From Actinomycetota bacterium (GTDB lineage: Bacteria > Actinomycetota > Aquicultoria > UBA3085 > Oleimmundimicrobiaceae), in the NCBI GenBank assembly GCA_030017835.1, contig JASEGU010000001.1:24341-88340 (forward strand): DNA of 64,000 nt, read 5' to 3'. The stretch's first letter is position 1. Every line of letters starts with the position of its first letter. The translations under genes and the position numbers were made by a program. Positions 10,141-20,292 of the stretch are shown here, piece after piece. Under the pieces are notes generated by a model that saw nothing but the letters and a program-made list of their open reading frames with translations, did not search any database and had not been told where the DNA came from.

Positions 10141-11487
10141 TTGTTCAATAAGATACTCATAGCCAATCGCGGCGAGATCGCCCTAAGGATAATAAGGGCC
10201 TGCAAGGAGCTGGGGATAGCGACGGTTGCCGTCTACTCTGAGGCCGATAAGGAATCTCTCCACGTAAAGATGGCCGACGAAGCCGTCTGCATCGGACCAG
10301 CTCAGAGTGGACTCAGCTACCTAAATATTCCAAGCATCATAAGTGCGGCCGAACTGACCGGAGCTGAAGCGGTTCACCCCGGATACGGATTTTTGGCGGA
10401 AAACTCTTACTTTGCCGAAGTTCTTGGCTCATGCGATTTGACCTTCATCGGTCCCACCCCTAACGCCATCGAGCTGATGGGGCACAAGTCTGCGGCCAAA
10501 GATAAGGTGAAGGAGATAGGCGTCCCGACGATTCCCGGATCGGACGGCAAGATAGACGATCACAAGGAGGCATTGAAATTTGCCAAAAAGACCGGCTATC
10601 CCGTCATCATCAAGGCTTCGGCCGGCGGCGGGGGCAGGGGAATGCGGGCGGTTCAGAATGAGGCCGAGCTCATCGATCAGATCAAGATGGCTGAAACCGA
10701 GGCCAAAGCGGCCTTTGGTGACTCCGAAGTCTATATAGAAAAGTACCTAGAGGAGCCGCGTCACATCGAGTTTCAAATACTGGCAGACAAGTTTGGAAAC
10801 GTCATACACCTTGGCGAGCGGGACTGTTCCATACAGCGCCGTCATCAGAAGCTGATCGAGGAGGCCCCTTCAGTGGCTCTCAGCACAAAGCTCCGCAAGG
10901 AGATGGGAGAGGCGGCCATAAAGATCGCCAAGGCCGTCGGCTATGAGAACGCGGGAACGGTAGAATTTCTCCTTGACAAGCATGGAGACTTTTACTTCAT
11001 GGAGATGAATACGCGCGTCCAGGTAGAACATCCGGTGACCGAGGCTGTGACAGGAATCGATATCGTAAAAGAACAGATCAGGATCGCGGCCGGCGAAAAA
11101 TTGAAACATACCCAGGGTGAGGTCAAGATAATCGGTCATGCCATCGAATTTCGGATAAATGCCGAAGATCCGACCAAGAACTTCATGCCTCAAGCCGGTG
11201 ATGTCAAACTTTACAACCCGCCGGGCGGCCCGGGCGTTCGCGTTGATAGCCATCTCTATTCCGGCTATCGGGTTCCTCCCTACTACGATTCACTCATCGC
11301 CAAATTGATAGTCTGGGGAGAGACCAGAGACGAGGCCATAATCCGCTCAAAGAGGGTCTTGGAGGAGTTCATAGTGGTCGGCATCGAGACGATCGTACCC
11401 TTTCACCTAAAGGTCATAGATAACGCCTTTTTCAAGAAGGGTGAGATATACACCAATTTTGTCGCCCGAAGGATAATGGAGGATTGA
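10141..11487 (+). CDS. accC: Biotin carboxylase
   Basis: [63 protein letters not shown]. Confidence 0.96.
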   Translation: MFNKILIANRGEIALRIIRACKELGIATVAVYSEADKESLHVKMADEAVCIGPAQSGLSYLNIPSIISAAELTGAEAVHPGYGFLAENSYFAEVLGSCDLTFIGPTPNAIELMGHKSAAKDKVKEIGVPTIPGSDGKIDDHKEALKFAKKTGYPVIIKASAGGGGRGMRAVQNEAELIDQIKMAETEAKAAFGDSEVYIEKYLEEPRHIEFQILADKFGNVIHLGERDCSIQRRHQKLIEEAPSVALSTKLRKEMGEAAIKIAKAVGYENAGTVEFLLDKHGDFYFMEMNTRVQVEHPVTEAVTGIDIVKEQIRIAAGEKLKHTQGEVKIIGHAIEFRINAEDPTKNFMPQAGDVKLYNPPGGPGVRVDSHLYSGYRVPPYYDSLIAKLIVWGETRDEAIIRSKRVLEEFIVVGIETIVPFHLKVIDNAFFKKGEIYTNFVARRIMED

Positions 11488-11583
11488 AAAGAGGAGAAAG
11501 TGGAAAGGGCCCTTAAATCAATGTTTAAGATAGATATAAAAGAGGTCAACATCTTTATCTGTGGCGCAAACCTTCTCAAATGA
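11488..11583 (+). pseudogene. Remnant (C-terminal ~30 aa) of an Asp23/Gls24 (YqhY-like) gene
   Basis: KEEKVERALKSMFKIDIKEVNIFICG resembles the Asp23-family C-terminus; lies between accC and nusB, the usual asp23 position; GTG at 11500 after GAGGAG. Confidence 0.5.
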
Positions 11584-11598
11584 ACGGATGCCGATCCG

Positions 11599-12027
11599 AT
11601 GCTTGAGCGAAGAAAGGCAAGGAGGATGGCTCTTGAAATTCTTTATGAAAAAGACATCCTCGGAGATACGATTGACGATATAATAAGGGTAAGAAACGCC
11701 TCGAACCGAGGAGCGCCCCTTTCCGATTTTGCTCTCACCCTGCTCCATGGCTTCGAAAGGAACCACGAGAAGATAGACGAGCTCATAGCCGAATATGCCG
11801 ACAATTGGTCGATAGACAGGATGCCGATAGTCGACAGGAATATAATCAGAATAGGCGTCTATGAAATGCTATTTGAGGAGGCCATTCCGATAAGGGTCTC
11901 GATAAACGAGGCTGTTGAGCTGGCCAAGATATTCGGCTCTGAAGATTCGAGCAAGTTCGTCAATGGAATCTTGGGCCGGATCGCCAGGGAGATGGGCGAA
12001 GAAGAGACGGTAGCTACGGAGGAGTAA
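11599..12027 (+). CDS. nusB: Transcription antitermination factor NusB
   Basis: RRKARRMALEILY, WSIDRMPIVDRNIIR, INEAVELAK, FVNGIL. Confidence 0.96.
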   Translation: MLERRKARRMALEILYEKDILGDTIDDIIRVRNASNRGAPLSDFALTLLHGFERNHEKIDELIAEYADNWSIDRMPIVDRNIIRIGVYEMLFEEAIPIRVSINEAVELAKIFGSEDSSKFVNGILGRIAREMGEEETVATEE

Positions 12028-12028
12028 G

Positions 12029-12241
12029 TTGGCCGCAAAAGAGGATGGATTCGACCAATTGATGGATAGATTGAAAGAGATAGTTGAGAAGGTGCAGGAC
12101 GTCTCGCTCGGCCTTGAAGGATCGCTCAATCTCCTGGAGGAGGGCATAGACATCGCCAACAGGTGCACCGAAAGGGTCGACAGGATAGTGGGCGAAGAAG
12201 GCATCGGTCTTAAAGAAGACGTCGCCAAGCCCCATTTATAA
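12029..12241 (+). CDS. xseB: Exodeoxyribonuclease VII small subunit
   Basis: FDQLMDRLKEIV...LEGSLNLLEEG...C pattern, 70 aa, between nusB and dxs. Confidence 0.75.
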   Translation: MAAKEDGFDQLMDRLKEIVEKVQDVSLGLEGSLNLLEEGIDIANRCTERVDRIVGEEGIGLKEDVAKPHL

Positions 12242-12275
12242 ATTTCGCCTCCAATCCTACGGAGACTGATCCGTT

Positions 12276-14213
12276 ATGAGAAAGATATTGAATAAGATAG
12301 AATCGCCTAAAGACCTAAAATCCCTATCACATCAGGAGTTAAAGGAGATTGCTGCCGAGATTAGGGACGAGATGATCAGAGTCGTTTCCGTAAACGGCGG
12401 TCACCTCGCCCCAAGTCTTGGCGTCGTCGAATTGACCATCGGGATTCATCTGGCTCTTGAGTCGCCAAAAGACAGCATAATTTTCGACGTCGGCCATCAA
12501 GCATATGTCCACAAGATCCTGACCGGTCGTCTCAAAAAGTTCTCTACCTTAAGGAGACACGGGGGCTTGAGCGGATTTCCAAAGAGAGCCGAATCGGAGC
12601 ATGACATCTTCGATACGGGCCACGCCAGCAATTCGATAAGCGTCGCTCTCGGAATAGCCGAGGCTAAAAGGATGAAAGGGGAAGCTGGAACGACGCTTGC
12701 CGTAATCGGTGATGGCTCACTTACGGGAGGCATGGCTTATGAGGGACTAAATCAGGCCGGTCATCTAAAGACCCCCATGATCGTAATATTGAACGACAAC
12801 GGCATGTCGATAGCGAGAAACGTCGGCGCCTTTTCCTCTTATCTTGCCCGGATCAGGTTCGATCCGACCCTTTACAAGATACGGGAAGAGATGGAGCACA
12901 AAGTTATAAAAATGATTAAAACTATCCCCGGTGTCGGGAGCAAGATATCTTCGATAGCTGAGGGCTTGAAAGAGAGTCTGAAACATATCCTGGTTCCGGG
13001 CATGATCTTCGAAGAACTCGGTTGGAAATATATCGGTCCCATAGATGGACACGATGCCGAGTTAGTGGCCTCGACCATCAGGATTGCCAAGGAGATAGGG
13101 GCCCCCGTCGTCATCCATTGTTTAACTAAGAAGGGCAAGGGCTACCCCTTCGCTGAGAATCATCCGGAGCGCTTTCATGGGACAGGTCCCTTTGAGATAG
13201 ATACCGGTGAGGTTATAAAGTCGGCAAAGAAGACCTACACCGAGGTATTCGGTGAGGCCCTCTTAGAGATAGCAGAGAGCGATGAGAGGCTGGTTGCGAT
13301 AACGGCGGCCATGCCGGCTGGGACCGGTCTTGACGTCTTTGCCAAGAGATTCCCTGCTCGCTTCTATGACGTCGGTATAGCCGAGCAGCACGCCGTAACC
13401 TTCGCATCCGGCCTTGCCCTCGAAGGTTATCTGCCGGTTGTCGCCATCTATTCGACATTTTTGCAGAGGTCTTTCGATCAGATAATCCAAGATGTAGCCC
13501 TGCAAAACCTGCACGTCATCTTCGCCATCGATAGGGCCGGCCTCGTCGGAGAGGATGGCCCGACCCATCACGGAGTTTTCGACCTCTCCTACTTAAGGCA
13601 GATTCCCAATATGACCATAATGTCTCCCAAGGATGAATTCGAGCTCAAAGATATGATCCACTTCTCGACCGAGCTTTCGGGTGCGGTTGCCATCAGGTAT
13701 CCTAGGGGTTCTTCCAGCGGGGTTAAGATAAAAAGCGCGTCGAGCAAGCTAAGGCTGGGCAAGGCTGAGGTTTTACGGACCGGCTCAGGCGTTGCCATAA
13801 TTGCGGTCGGCCGGATGGTTCAGCCCTCTCTTGCGGCGGCCAAGCTGCTTGCGGCCGCGGGCATCGATGCCAGTGTTGTAAATGCCAGATTCGTCAAACC
13901 TTTAGACGAGGAGCTATACGCTAGGCTCGCCAAGGAACACGATCTCATAGTCACGGTCGAGGAGAACTCGATCGTAGGCGGGTTTGGAAGCGGCGTTCTG
14001 GAATTTTTTAGCGAAAGATCTATCGAGACGCCTTTTTTGAAGATAGCTCTGCCCGATGAATTCGTAGAACACGGGGCAGTATCGATACTCCACGCCGTAG
14101 TCGGTCTTGACTGCAATGGGGTGACCGAGAGGATAAGCGAAAAGTGCGAGGCAATGGGGATTGGCGCAAAGAGTAAGGCTCGACAATTTACTCGTAAAAC
14201 AGGCCAGATTTAA
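12276..14213 (+). CDS. dxs: 1-deoxy-D-xylulose-5-phosphate synthase
   Basis: GGHLAPSLG, DVGHQAYVHK, GDGSLTGG...NDN, GIAEQHA, DRAGLVGEDGPTH. Confidence 0.97.
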   Translation: MRKILNKIESPKDLKSLSHQELKEIAAEIRDEMIRVVSVNGGHLAPSLGVVELTIGIHLALESPKDSIIFDVGHQAYVHKILTGRLKKFSTLRRHGGLSGFPKRAESEHDIFDTGHASNSISVALGIAEAKRMKGEAGTTLAVIGDGSLTGGMAYEGLNQAGHLKTPMIVILNDNGMSIARNVGAFSSYLARIRFDPTLYKIREEMEHKVIKMIKTIPGVGSKISSIAEGLKESLKHILVPGMIFEELGWKYIGPIDGHDAELVASTIRIAKEIGAPVVIHCLTKKGKGYPFAENHPERFHGTGPFEIDTGEVIKSAKKTYTEVFGEALLEIAESDERLVAITAAMPAGTGLDVFAKRFPARFYDVGIAEQHAVTFASGLALEGYLPVVAIYSTFLQRSFDQIIQDVALQNLHVIFAIDRAGLVGEDGPTHHGVFDLSYLRQIPNMTIMSPKDEFELKDMIHFSTELSGAVAIRYPRGSSSGVKIKSASSKLRLGKAEVLRTGSGVAIIAVGRMVQPSLAAAKLLAAAGIDASVVNARFVKPLDEELYARLAKEHDLIVTVEENSIVGGFGSGVLEFFSERSIETPFLKIALPDEFVEHGAVSILHAVVGLDCNGVTERISEKCEAMGIGAKSKARQFTRKTGQI

Positions 14214-14961
14214 GAGTCGTGAGTCGGCCAAGGAGGCCATAATATCCGGCCGGATTTTTGTGGATGGCTTTCCATGTGATAAACCGGCAAGGCTAGTCTC
14301 TTTAGATAGCGATATTTCGATCATCGATGACAAGCCTGAGTCCTTTGTCTCTAGGGGAGGAACAAAGCTCAAAGAGGCCTTGGATAGGTTCGATATCGAT
14401 CCAACCGGCAAGGTAGCTCTGGACGCCGGTATCTCGACGGGTGGGTTTACCGATTGCCTCCTTAAGGAGGGGGCGAGGTTGGTAATTGGGGTGGATGTTG
14501 GTTACGGCCAGCTGGATTGGGCCTTAAGGAACGATCCCAGACTTCAGCTCTTTGAGCGGACCAACATAAAGGATTTGAGCCCAGATCTTCTTGTCGAATC
14601 AGCCGACATCGTGCTGGCCGACCTCTCTTTCATTTCGATAACCAAGGTCTTTAAGAGCTTAAAAAGTCTGGCTAAAGAGGACGCAGACTTCATCATTCTA
14701 ATCAAACCCCAGTTTGAAGTGGGTAAAAAGGACGTTGGCAAGGGGGGGATAATAAGGGATCCGCTCCTTCATGAGAGGGTCTTAAAGGACCTGCACAGGT
14801 TCTTCGCATTTGAGGGGGCAAGGGTTCTTGAGATAATCGGGTCCCCCATAAAAGGGAGCAAGGGCAACAAGGAATTCTTCTTCCACATATCCTTCAAGAG
14901 AGAAGGGCCCGCCCCCTTAGAGCTTGACCAGAAGATAGACGAGTTGGTTTTCGATGAGTAA
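14161..14961 (+). CDS. tlyA: TlyA rRNA 2'-O-methyltransferase (S4 + FtsJ domains)
   Basis: RLD S4 domain, FVSRGGTKL, STGGFTDCLL, DLSFIS, IKPQFE, GNKEF. Confidence 0.94.
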   Translation: MAQRVRLDNLLVKQARFKSRESAKEAIISGRIFVDGFPCDKPARLVSLDSDISIIDDKPESFVSRGGTKLKEALDRFDIDPTGKVALDAGISTGGFTDCLLKEGARLVIGVDVGYGQLDWALRNDPRLQLFERTNIKDLSPDLLVESADIVLADLSFISITKVFKSLKSLAKEDADFIILIKPQFEVGKKDVGKGGIIRDPLLHERVLKDLHRFFAFEGARVLEIIGSPIKGSKGNKEFFFHISFKREGPAPLELDQKIDELVFDE

Positions 14962-14997
14962 AAGGGCCGCCCAAGACGGAGCGTAGAAAGGGAAGAG

Positions 14998-15861
14998 ATG
15001 AAGGTTGCTCTGGTTGTTCATACCAAAAAACCCAACGTGAAAGAGATCGTCAAGGATCTCGCAGACTGGCTTAAAGAGCGAAACATCGATCTCAACATGA
15101 TAGAAGAGGACGCCCTTGCTCTCGGTTTTGAAGGGTTCGGTCTACCGGCTGAAGAGTTGACCAGGGGCGCAAGTCTTTTGATCTCTCTGGGTGGCGACGG
15201 AACCATCCTAAGAGCGGTCAGATACATAACCCAAGATGAACTTCTTATCCTCGGGGTGAACCTCGGCAAACTCGGATTTTTAACCGAAATCAGGGCCGAA
15301 GAACTCTTTTTTGCGCTCGGCCGTTATTTGGCCAAAGACTATCACGATGACAAGCGGGCAATGCTTAGGGTGAGAGCCAGATCCGGCAAGAAACTTATCC
15401 TCGAGCAGGACGTCCTAAATGAAGTCGTCGTCGGCCGCGGCGCCCAGCAGCGCCTGGTCGAGTTCTCCGTTCTCATTAACGATAAAGTGTTTACCGATTA
15501 CGCGGCCGACTCGGTCATCTTCTCTACCCCGACGGGCTCGACGGCCTACTCCCTTTCGGCGGGAGGCCCCTTGGCCTCCCCCAAAGTAAGCTCGATTCTG
15601 ATGACCCCGGTCTGTCCCCACTCCTTCTTCAACAGGAGCCTTCTCTTGAGCGGGGAAGATGGGATCAAGGTGGTGTTTACCAAGGAGAGCCAAGACTTCT
15701 CCCTGGCCCTGGACGGGATAGTCGCCCAGCTTGGCGAAAGCATAAACGTGGTCGAGATCGAGACATCGAGCCGTCTCGTCAATCTAATGAGGCTGACGGG
15801 CAGAGACTTCTATGCGAACCTAAAAGATAACTTGAATAATTGGACTAAGATCGGTGATTGA
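14998..15861 (+). CDS. nadK: NAD+ kinase
   Basis: LGGDGTIL, LNE, STPTGSTAYSLSAGGP. Confidence 0.95.
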   Translation: MKVALVVHTKKPNVKEIVKDLADWLKERNIDLNMIEEDALALGFEGFGLPAEELTRGASLLISLGGDGTILRAVRYITQDELLILGVNLGKLGFLTEIRAEELFFALGRYLAKDYHDDKRAMLRVRARSGKKLILEQDVLNEVVVGRGAQQRLVEFSVLINDKVFTDYAADSVIFSTPTGSTAYSLSAGGPLASPKVSSILMTPVCPHSFFNRSLLLSGEDGIKVVFTKESQDFSLALDGIVAQLGESINVVEIETSSRLVNLMRLTGRDFYANLKDNLNNWTKIGD

Positions 15862-15864
15862 CCG

Positions 15865-17553
15865 ATGTTAAGAGAGCTCCATATAAAGAATCTAATCTTA
15901 ATCGACGAGCTCTATATCGAGTTCGACCGCGGTTTAAATGTCTTAACCGGCGAGACCGGGGCGGGCAAGACGGCGCTTATCGAGGCGGTAAACCTTCTTT
16001 TGGGAGAGCGAAGCGATACCGGCATGATTCGTTCCGGCACCGATGAAGCCAAGGTTGAAGGCCTATTTACCATTCCGCCATCCCGTCTTTTAGAGCTGGA
16101 AGATTTAAGGGAGTACCTTGGAGACAGCGCCGAATATGTGATAGTTCGCAAGATTTCCAAAGAGGGAAAGAGCAAGTGTTACATCAACGGAAATATGGTC
16201 ACTCTTTCGACGATTAAAGATCTCGGAAACCTCCTGATCGACCTGCATGGTCAACACGACCACCAGTCCCTTCTCAAAACCGCAAATCATCTAAATTTTC
16301 TCGATCGATATGGCGGAAGCGATCTTCTGGAATTAAAGAGCAAGTATCAAGCGAAGCACTTAAGCTTGAAGCGAGACACGGGCCTCTTAAATAGACTTAG
16401 CGACTCCAAGGGCGAGAGGGAAAAAGAGAAAGACCTTCTTAAGTTTCAGATCGATGAGATAGAGAATGCCGCCTTGACTCTGGGTGAAGAGGAGGCCCTC
16501 GTCCAAGAGGCTGAAGTGTTGAGCAGTTCTGAAAGGATAATGGAGGCCCTCCTATCGACCAAGGACTCGATCTCGTCCGACTTGGATAACTCCGTTATGG
16601 ATAGTTTAAAGAGATCTGAGGTGCTCCTCTCCAAGGTAGCTGACTTAGAGCCCCGTCTTTTCGCAGCTCATCAACGGCTAGAGGGAATCTCGGTTGAGCT
16701 AGAGGATTTGGCCGGCGAGCTCAGAAGGCTCGCAGAAGATTTCGCCTATAATCCAGAGCGGTTAAAAGAGGTTCAAGACCGCTTGGCCGCCATATCGTTT
16801 CTCAAGAAGAAGTATGGCCAGAGTGTGGGCGAGATACTCTACTTTTTGGAGCGGGCCAAGCAAGAGCTCTCCCTCATAGATGACTCAGGCGAGCGGATCA
16901 AAGATCTCTTTGAGTCGGTCGAGGCATCCAAGGTCGAGCTCTACTCGTTGGGCGTTGAGCTCTCAAAGAGACGCCTCAAGGCGGCCAGCCTCTTTGAGGC
17001 CGAAGTCATAACCCACCTCAAAGATTTAAATATGGTTAAGATCGACTTTAAGGTAGACATTGAGACGCTGGGACGAGAGGACTTGCTCCAATCGAGCACG
17101 GGTATCGATAGGATCGAGTTTTTGATCTCACCCAACCAGGGTGAGGCCCTAAGGCCCCTTGCTAAGATCGCTTCCGGCGGCGAGATATCCAGGGTGATGC
17201 TGGCCTTGAAGATCGCCCTTGCCAAGGTGGATGAGATAGAGACCCTGATCTTCGATGAGATAGACAGCGGCGTTGGGGCCGTAACGGCCGGATATGTGGG
17301 CGAGAAATTGAGCCTCCTTTCAGATACCCACCAGATAATTTGCGTGACCCATCTTCCTCAAATAGCGGCCTATGGCGAACTTCATTACCGCGTCTTCAAG
17401 GAGGAAGAAAGCGGGGCCACCAAGACCCATATAGACAAGCTATCTTTTGATGATAGAATTGATGAGATTGCAAGGATGCTTGGAGGAAAAGGAAGCCCGA
17501 CAGAGCTCTCCAAGGAGCATGCCAAAGAACTCCTCAAACTAGCCATAGGCTAA
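15865..17553 (+). CDS. recN: DNA repair protein RecN
   Basis: TGETGAGK, HGQHDHQ, IASGGEISR, IFDEIDSG, VTHLPQIA. Confidence 0.96.
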   Translation: MLRELHIKNLILIDELYIEFDRGLNVLTGETGAGKTALIEAVNLLLGERSDTGMIRSGTDEAKVEGLFTIPPSRLLELEDLREYLGDSAEYVIVRKISKEGKSKCYINGNMVTLSTIKDLGNLLIDLHGQHDHQSLLKTANHLNFLDRYGGSDLLELKSKYQAKHLSLKRDTGLLNRLSDSKGEREKEKDLLKFQIDEIENAALTLGEEEALVQEAEVLSSSERIMEALLSTKDSISSDLDNSVMDSLKRSEVLLSKVADLEPRLFAAHQRLEGISVELEDLAGELRRLAEDFAYNPERLKEVQDRLAAISFLKKKYGQSVGEILYFLERAKQELSLIDDSGERIKDLFESVEASKVELYSLGVELSKRRLKAASLFEAEVITHLKDLNMVKIDFKVDIETLGREDLLQSSTGIDRIEFLISPNQGEALRPLAKIASGGEISRVMLALKIALAKVDEIETLIFDEIDSGVGAVTAGYVGEKLSLLSDTHQIICVTHLPQIAAYGELHYRVFKEEESGATKTHIDKLSFDDRIDEIARMLGGKGSPTELSKEHAKELLKLAIG

Positions 17554-17628
17554 TTGCTCCCTGATTTCTAGGTAAACTGGTCTTTATAGCTCTTTTATGT
17601 TTTTAAATATCCTTCGAGGGTAGGTTCA

Positions 17629-18750
17629 GTGGTGCAAACGGGTAGGGCGATGATGGATCGCCGGACAAAAAGATTGGTCAAGCGGCTCAAAGCGAGCGAT
17701 ATCGCCGTGATTGATCACATAGATCTGGATAAGGTTACGGCCGAGGCGCTTTTGGAGACCGGAGTCAAGACGGTCATCAACGCCTCAGCCTCCATATCGG
17801 GCAAGTACCCCAACCTCGGCCCCTTCCTCCTGGCTTCCCAAGAGGTGAACATCATCGATAATGTAGGTGAAGAGATATTTGAGCTCGCGCTCGAGGGGGA
17901 AGAGATCAGGGTGGAGGGAGAGAGGGTTATCCTTGCCTCAGGTCGCACCTTGGAGGGGGAAGTCCTCGATAAGCCGGCAATCGAAGAGAAGATGGAGGCG
18001 GCTCGGGAGAATATCAGCCACGAGATCGATAAATTTGCCACAAACACATTAGATTACATGAAGCGCGAAAAGGGTCTTCTCCACGGGGGAGAAGAGATGC
18101 CGGATAGCCGCATCGATTTCAAGGACAGACACGTACTCATCGTGGTCAGAGGATATGATTATAAGGCCGATCTTATAGCCTTGCGATCCTACATCAGGGA
18201 AGTTCGCCCGATACTTATCGGGGTCGATGGCGGAGCGGATGCCCTGATACAGGAGGGCTATAAACCTGATATAATCATGGGAGATATGGATAGCGTGGCC
18301 GATCAGACGCTTGAAGCGGGGGCTGAATTAATCGTACACGCCTATCGGGACGGGAGCGCACCCGGCCTTAAGCGTCTTGAGAGGATGGGGCTTTCGGCTA
18401 AAACCTTTGCTTATGCGGGCACCAGCGAGGATATAGCCATGCTCTTTGCCTTCGAGAAGGGGGCCGAGCTCATAGTTGCCGTCGGAACCCATCTCAATCT
18501 GGTCGAATTCTTGGATAAAGGCAGGGCCGGAATGGCCAGCACATTTTTGGTCCGCTTAAAGGTCGGTGAGAGGCTGATAGATGCCAAGGGAGTTAGCAGG
18601 CTATACAGGAGCCAAGTAAAACCGCTCCACTTGATGGTTCTGGTCGCCTCGGCTTTGACAACCGCCGTTGTTATCATCACCTTTTCGACCAGCATCAGGA
18701 GCCTTTTTAGGCTGATCGTGCTGAAACTTCGAATAGTATTTGGTTATTAG
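17629..18750 (+). CDS. steA: SteA-like cytokinetic ring protein (thiamine pyrophosphokinase-like domain, C-terminal TM)
   Basis: DRRTKRL..DIAVIDH.DLD, SISGKYPNLG, GVDGGADAL, GDMDSV, LDKGRAGMASTFL; recN-steA-steB synteny. Confidence 0.85.
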   Translation: MVQTGRAMMDRRTKRLVKRLKASDIAVIDHIDLDKVTAEALLETGVKTVINASASISGKYPNLGPFLLASQEVNIIDNVGEEIFELALEGEEIRVEGERVILASGRTLEGEVLDKPAIEEKMEAARENISHEIDKFATNTLDYMKREKGLLHGGEEMPDSRIDFKDRHVLIVVRGYDYKADLIALRSYIREVRPILIGVDGGADALIQEGYKPDIIMGDMDSVADQTLEAGAELIVHAYRDGSAPGLKRLERMGLSAKTFAYAGTSEDIAMLFAFEKGAELIVAVGTHLNLVEFLDKGRAGMASTFLVRLKVGERLIDAKGVSRLYRSQVKPLHLMVLVASALTTAVVIITFSTSIRSLFRLIVLKLRIVFGY

Positions 18751-18762
18751 GGGGCTTTAAGG

Positions 18763-19614
18763 GTGCTCGATTTCAAATATCATATCTCCTCTTTGATCGC
18801 GGTCTTTTTGGCTCTGGCTGTGGGGATACTGTTGGGTTTGGTGATCGTGGACAAGGGGATAATTGCCAAACAGCAACAGACCTTGATTGATAGCGTCCAG
18901 ACCGACATCAAACAGGTTCAAGAGGAAAACCAGGCAATTAAACTGGACTTCGAGGACTCGGTTAAGGTAGAGAGGGCTCTGCTCCCCCTGGCCGTGGAGG
19001 GCCGCCTTTCCGGGCGAAATCTCGTCTTCATATCGAGCAAAAAATACCCGGACGGATTGATCGACACCTTAAAGAAGGCAGCCACATTAGCCGGGGCCAG
19101 GGGGAGCTTCCTCACCGTTCAACCGGATCTTGGTCTCTCCACTAAGAGCAATTTTGCCGCCTTGTCGGCCATCTTGGGCGAAGGCTTATCTGCCGAAGAG
19201 CTCAAGATGATAGTGACCCAGCGTCTGGCCGGCGAGCTCTCTTCCGTCACCGATCGCGCCCTCTTCAATAAATTGACCTCCCTAAAGATCATAAGGAGCG
19301 ATTCCAAGGTCTTTTTGCCTGGAAGCGACTTCATATTCGTCGGTAGCGATATGGAAGATTTCAATCCCAAAGCCTTCGATTTGCCCTTGATAGAAGAGCT
19401 GAAACTTCGCACCGAACGGGTAGTTGCCGTCGAGACTGAAGATATCAAGAACTCCTCCATTCCTCTCTATCAGGAGTCGTCCATCTCCACCGTGGATAAT
19501 ATCGATGAGGTCTCCGGCCTCATCTCTCTGACCTATTCTTTGAGCGGATCTCCCGGACACTATGGATCGAAGGAGACGAGCGAGCGTCTGCTTCCCAAAG
19601 AGATGACGGATTGA
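18763..19614 (+). CDS. steB: SteB / MctB-family (DUF3186) protein
   Basis: DFKYHISSLIAVFLALAVGILLG, coiled coil, ISTVDNID, GHYG. Confidence 0.82.
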   Translation: MLDFKYHISSLIAVFLALAVGILLGLVIVDKGIIAKQQQTLIDSVQTDIKQVQEENQAIKLDFEDSVKVERALLPLAVEGRLSGRNLVFISSKKYPDGLIDTLKKAATLAGARGSFLTVQPDLGLSTKSNFAALSAILGEGLSAEELKMIVTQRLAGELSSVTDRALFNKLTSLKIIRSDSKVFLPGSDFIFVGSDMEDFNPKAFDLPLIEELKLRTERVVAVETEDIKNSSIPLYQESSISTVDNIDEVSGLISLTYSLSGSPGHYGSKETSERLLPKEMTD

Positions 19615-20288
19615 TGGTGAATAAGGGTAGGGTGATAGCCCTCATTCCCACCTTTAACGAGGCGGAGCGGATCTCTGCGACCGTCAAGGCCGCCAAAAGG
19701 ATCGCCGCTCTCGATGATGTCTATGTTGTAGATGATGCCTCCAGCGATGAAACGGTTAGTTTAGCCAAAGAGAGCGGGGCAGAGGTCTTCATAAACGAGC
19801 GAAATCTGGGGAAGGGGGCCTCTTTGAATGGGGCCATCGCAAGACTAGATTTCGATGTAATCCTTCTTCTCGACGGCGATTTGGGAGAATCGGCCATCGA
19901 AGGCGAGAAACTCCTTGCCCCCATCCTAGCAGGTGAGGCCGACATGGCGATAGCCGATTTCCCAAAGGCAAAAAGAAAAGGGGGATTTGGCCTGGTCAAG
20001 GGTGTGGCCAGATGGGGGATAGAGAAACTAGCCGGCCAGCCTTTTGACGAGCCGCTATCCGGCCAGAGAGCCATAAAAAGGGAGGTCCTGGTCGCCGTCG
20101 GCCCATTTGAAGGGGGCTTTGGGGTCGAGACGGCTCTGACTATAGACGCCTTGAAAAAGGGATTTAAGGTTATAGAGGTCAAAACAGGGATGTCACACGC
20201 TGAGACCGGGCGAGATATCAAAGGGTTCATTCACAGGGGTCGCCAGCTTATGGATGTGATAAGGGTCATAATCAAACGCTTGGGGTAA
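19611..20288 (+). CDS. Glycosyltransferase family 2
   Basis: IPTFNE, VVDDASSD, NLGKG, LDGD, PLSGQRA, FGVE. Confidence 0.88.
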   Translation: MMVNKGRVIALIPTFNEAERISATVKAAKRIAALDDVYVVDDASSDETVSLAKESGAEVFINERNLGKGASLNGAIARLDFDVILLLDGDLGESAIEGEKLLAPILAGEADMAIADFPKAKRKGGFGLVKGVARWGIEKLAGQPFDEPLSGQRAIKREVLVAVGPFEGGFGVETALTIDALKKGFKVIEVKTGMSHAETGRDIKGFIHRGRQLMDVIRVIIKRLG

Positions 20289-20292
20289 TCTA

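Noticed and set aside
11485..11583. Selenocysteine or readthrough extension of accC at TGA
   Set aside because: AccC is already full length, no SECIS-like hairpin is evident, and the downstream peptide is better explained as an asp23 remnant.
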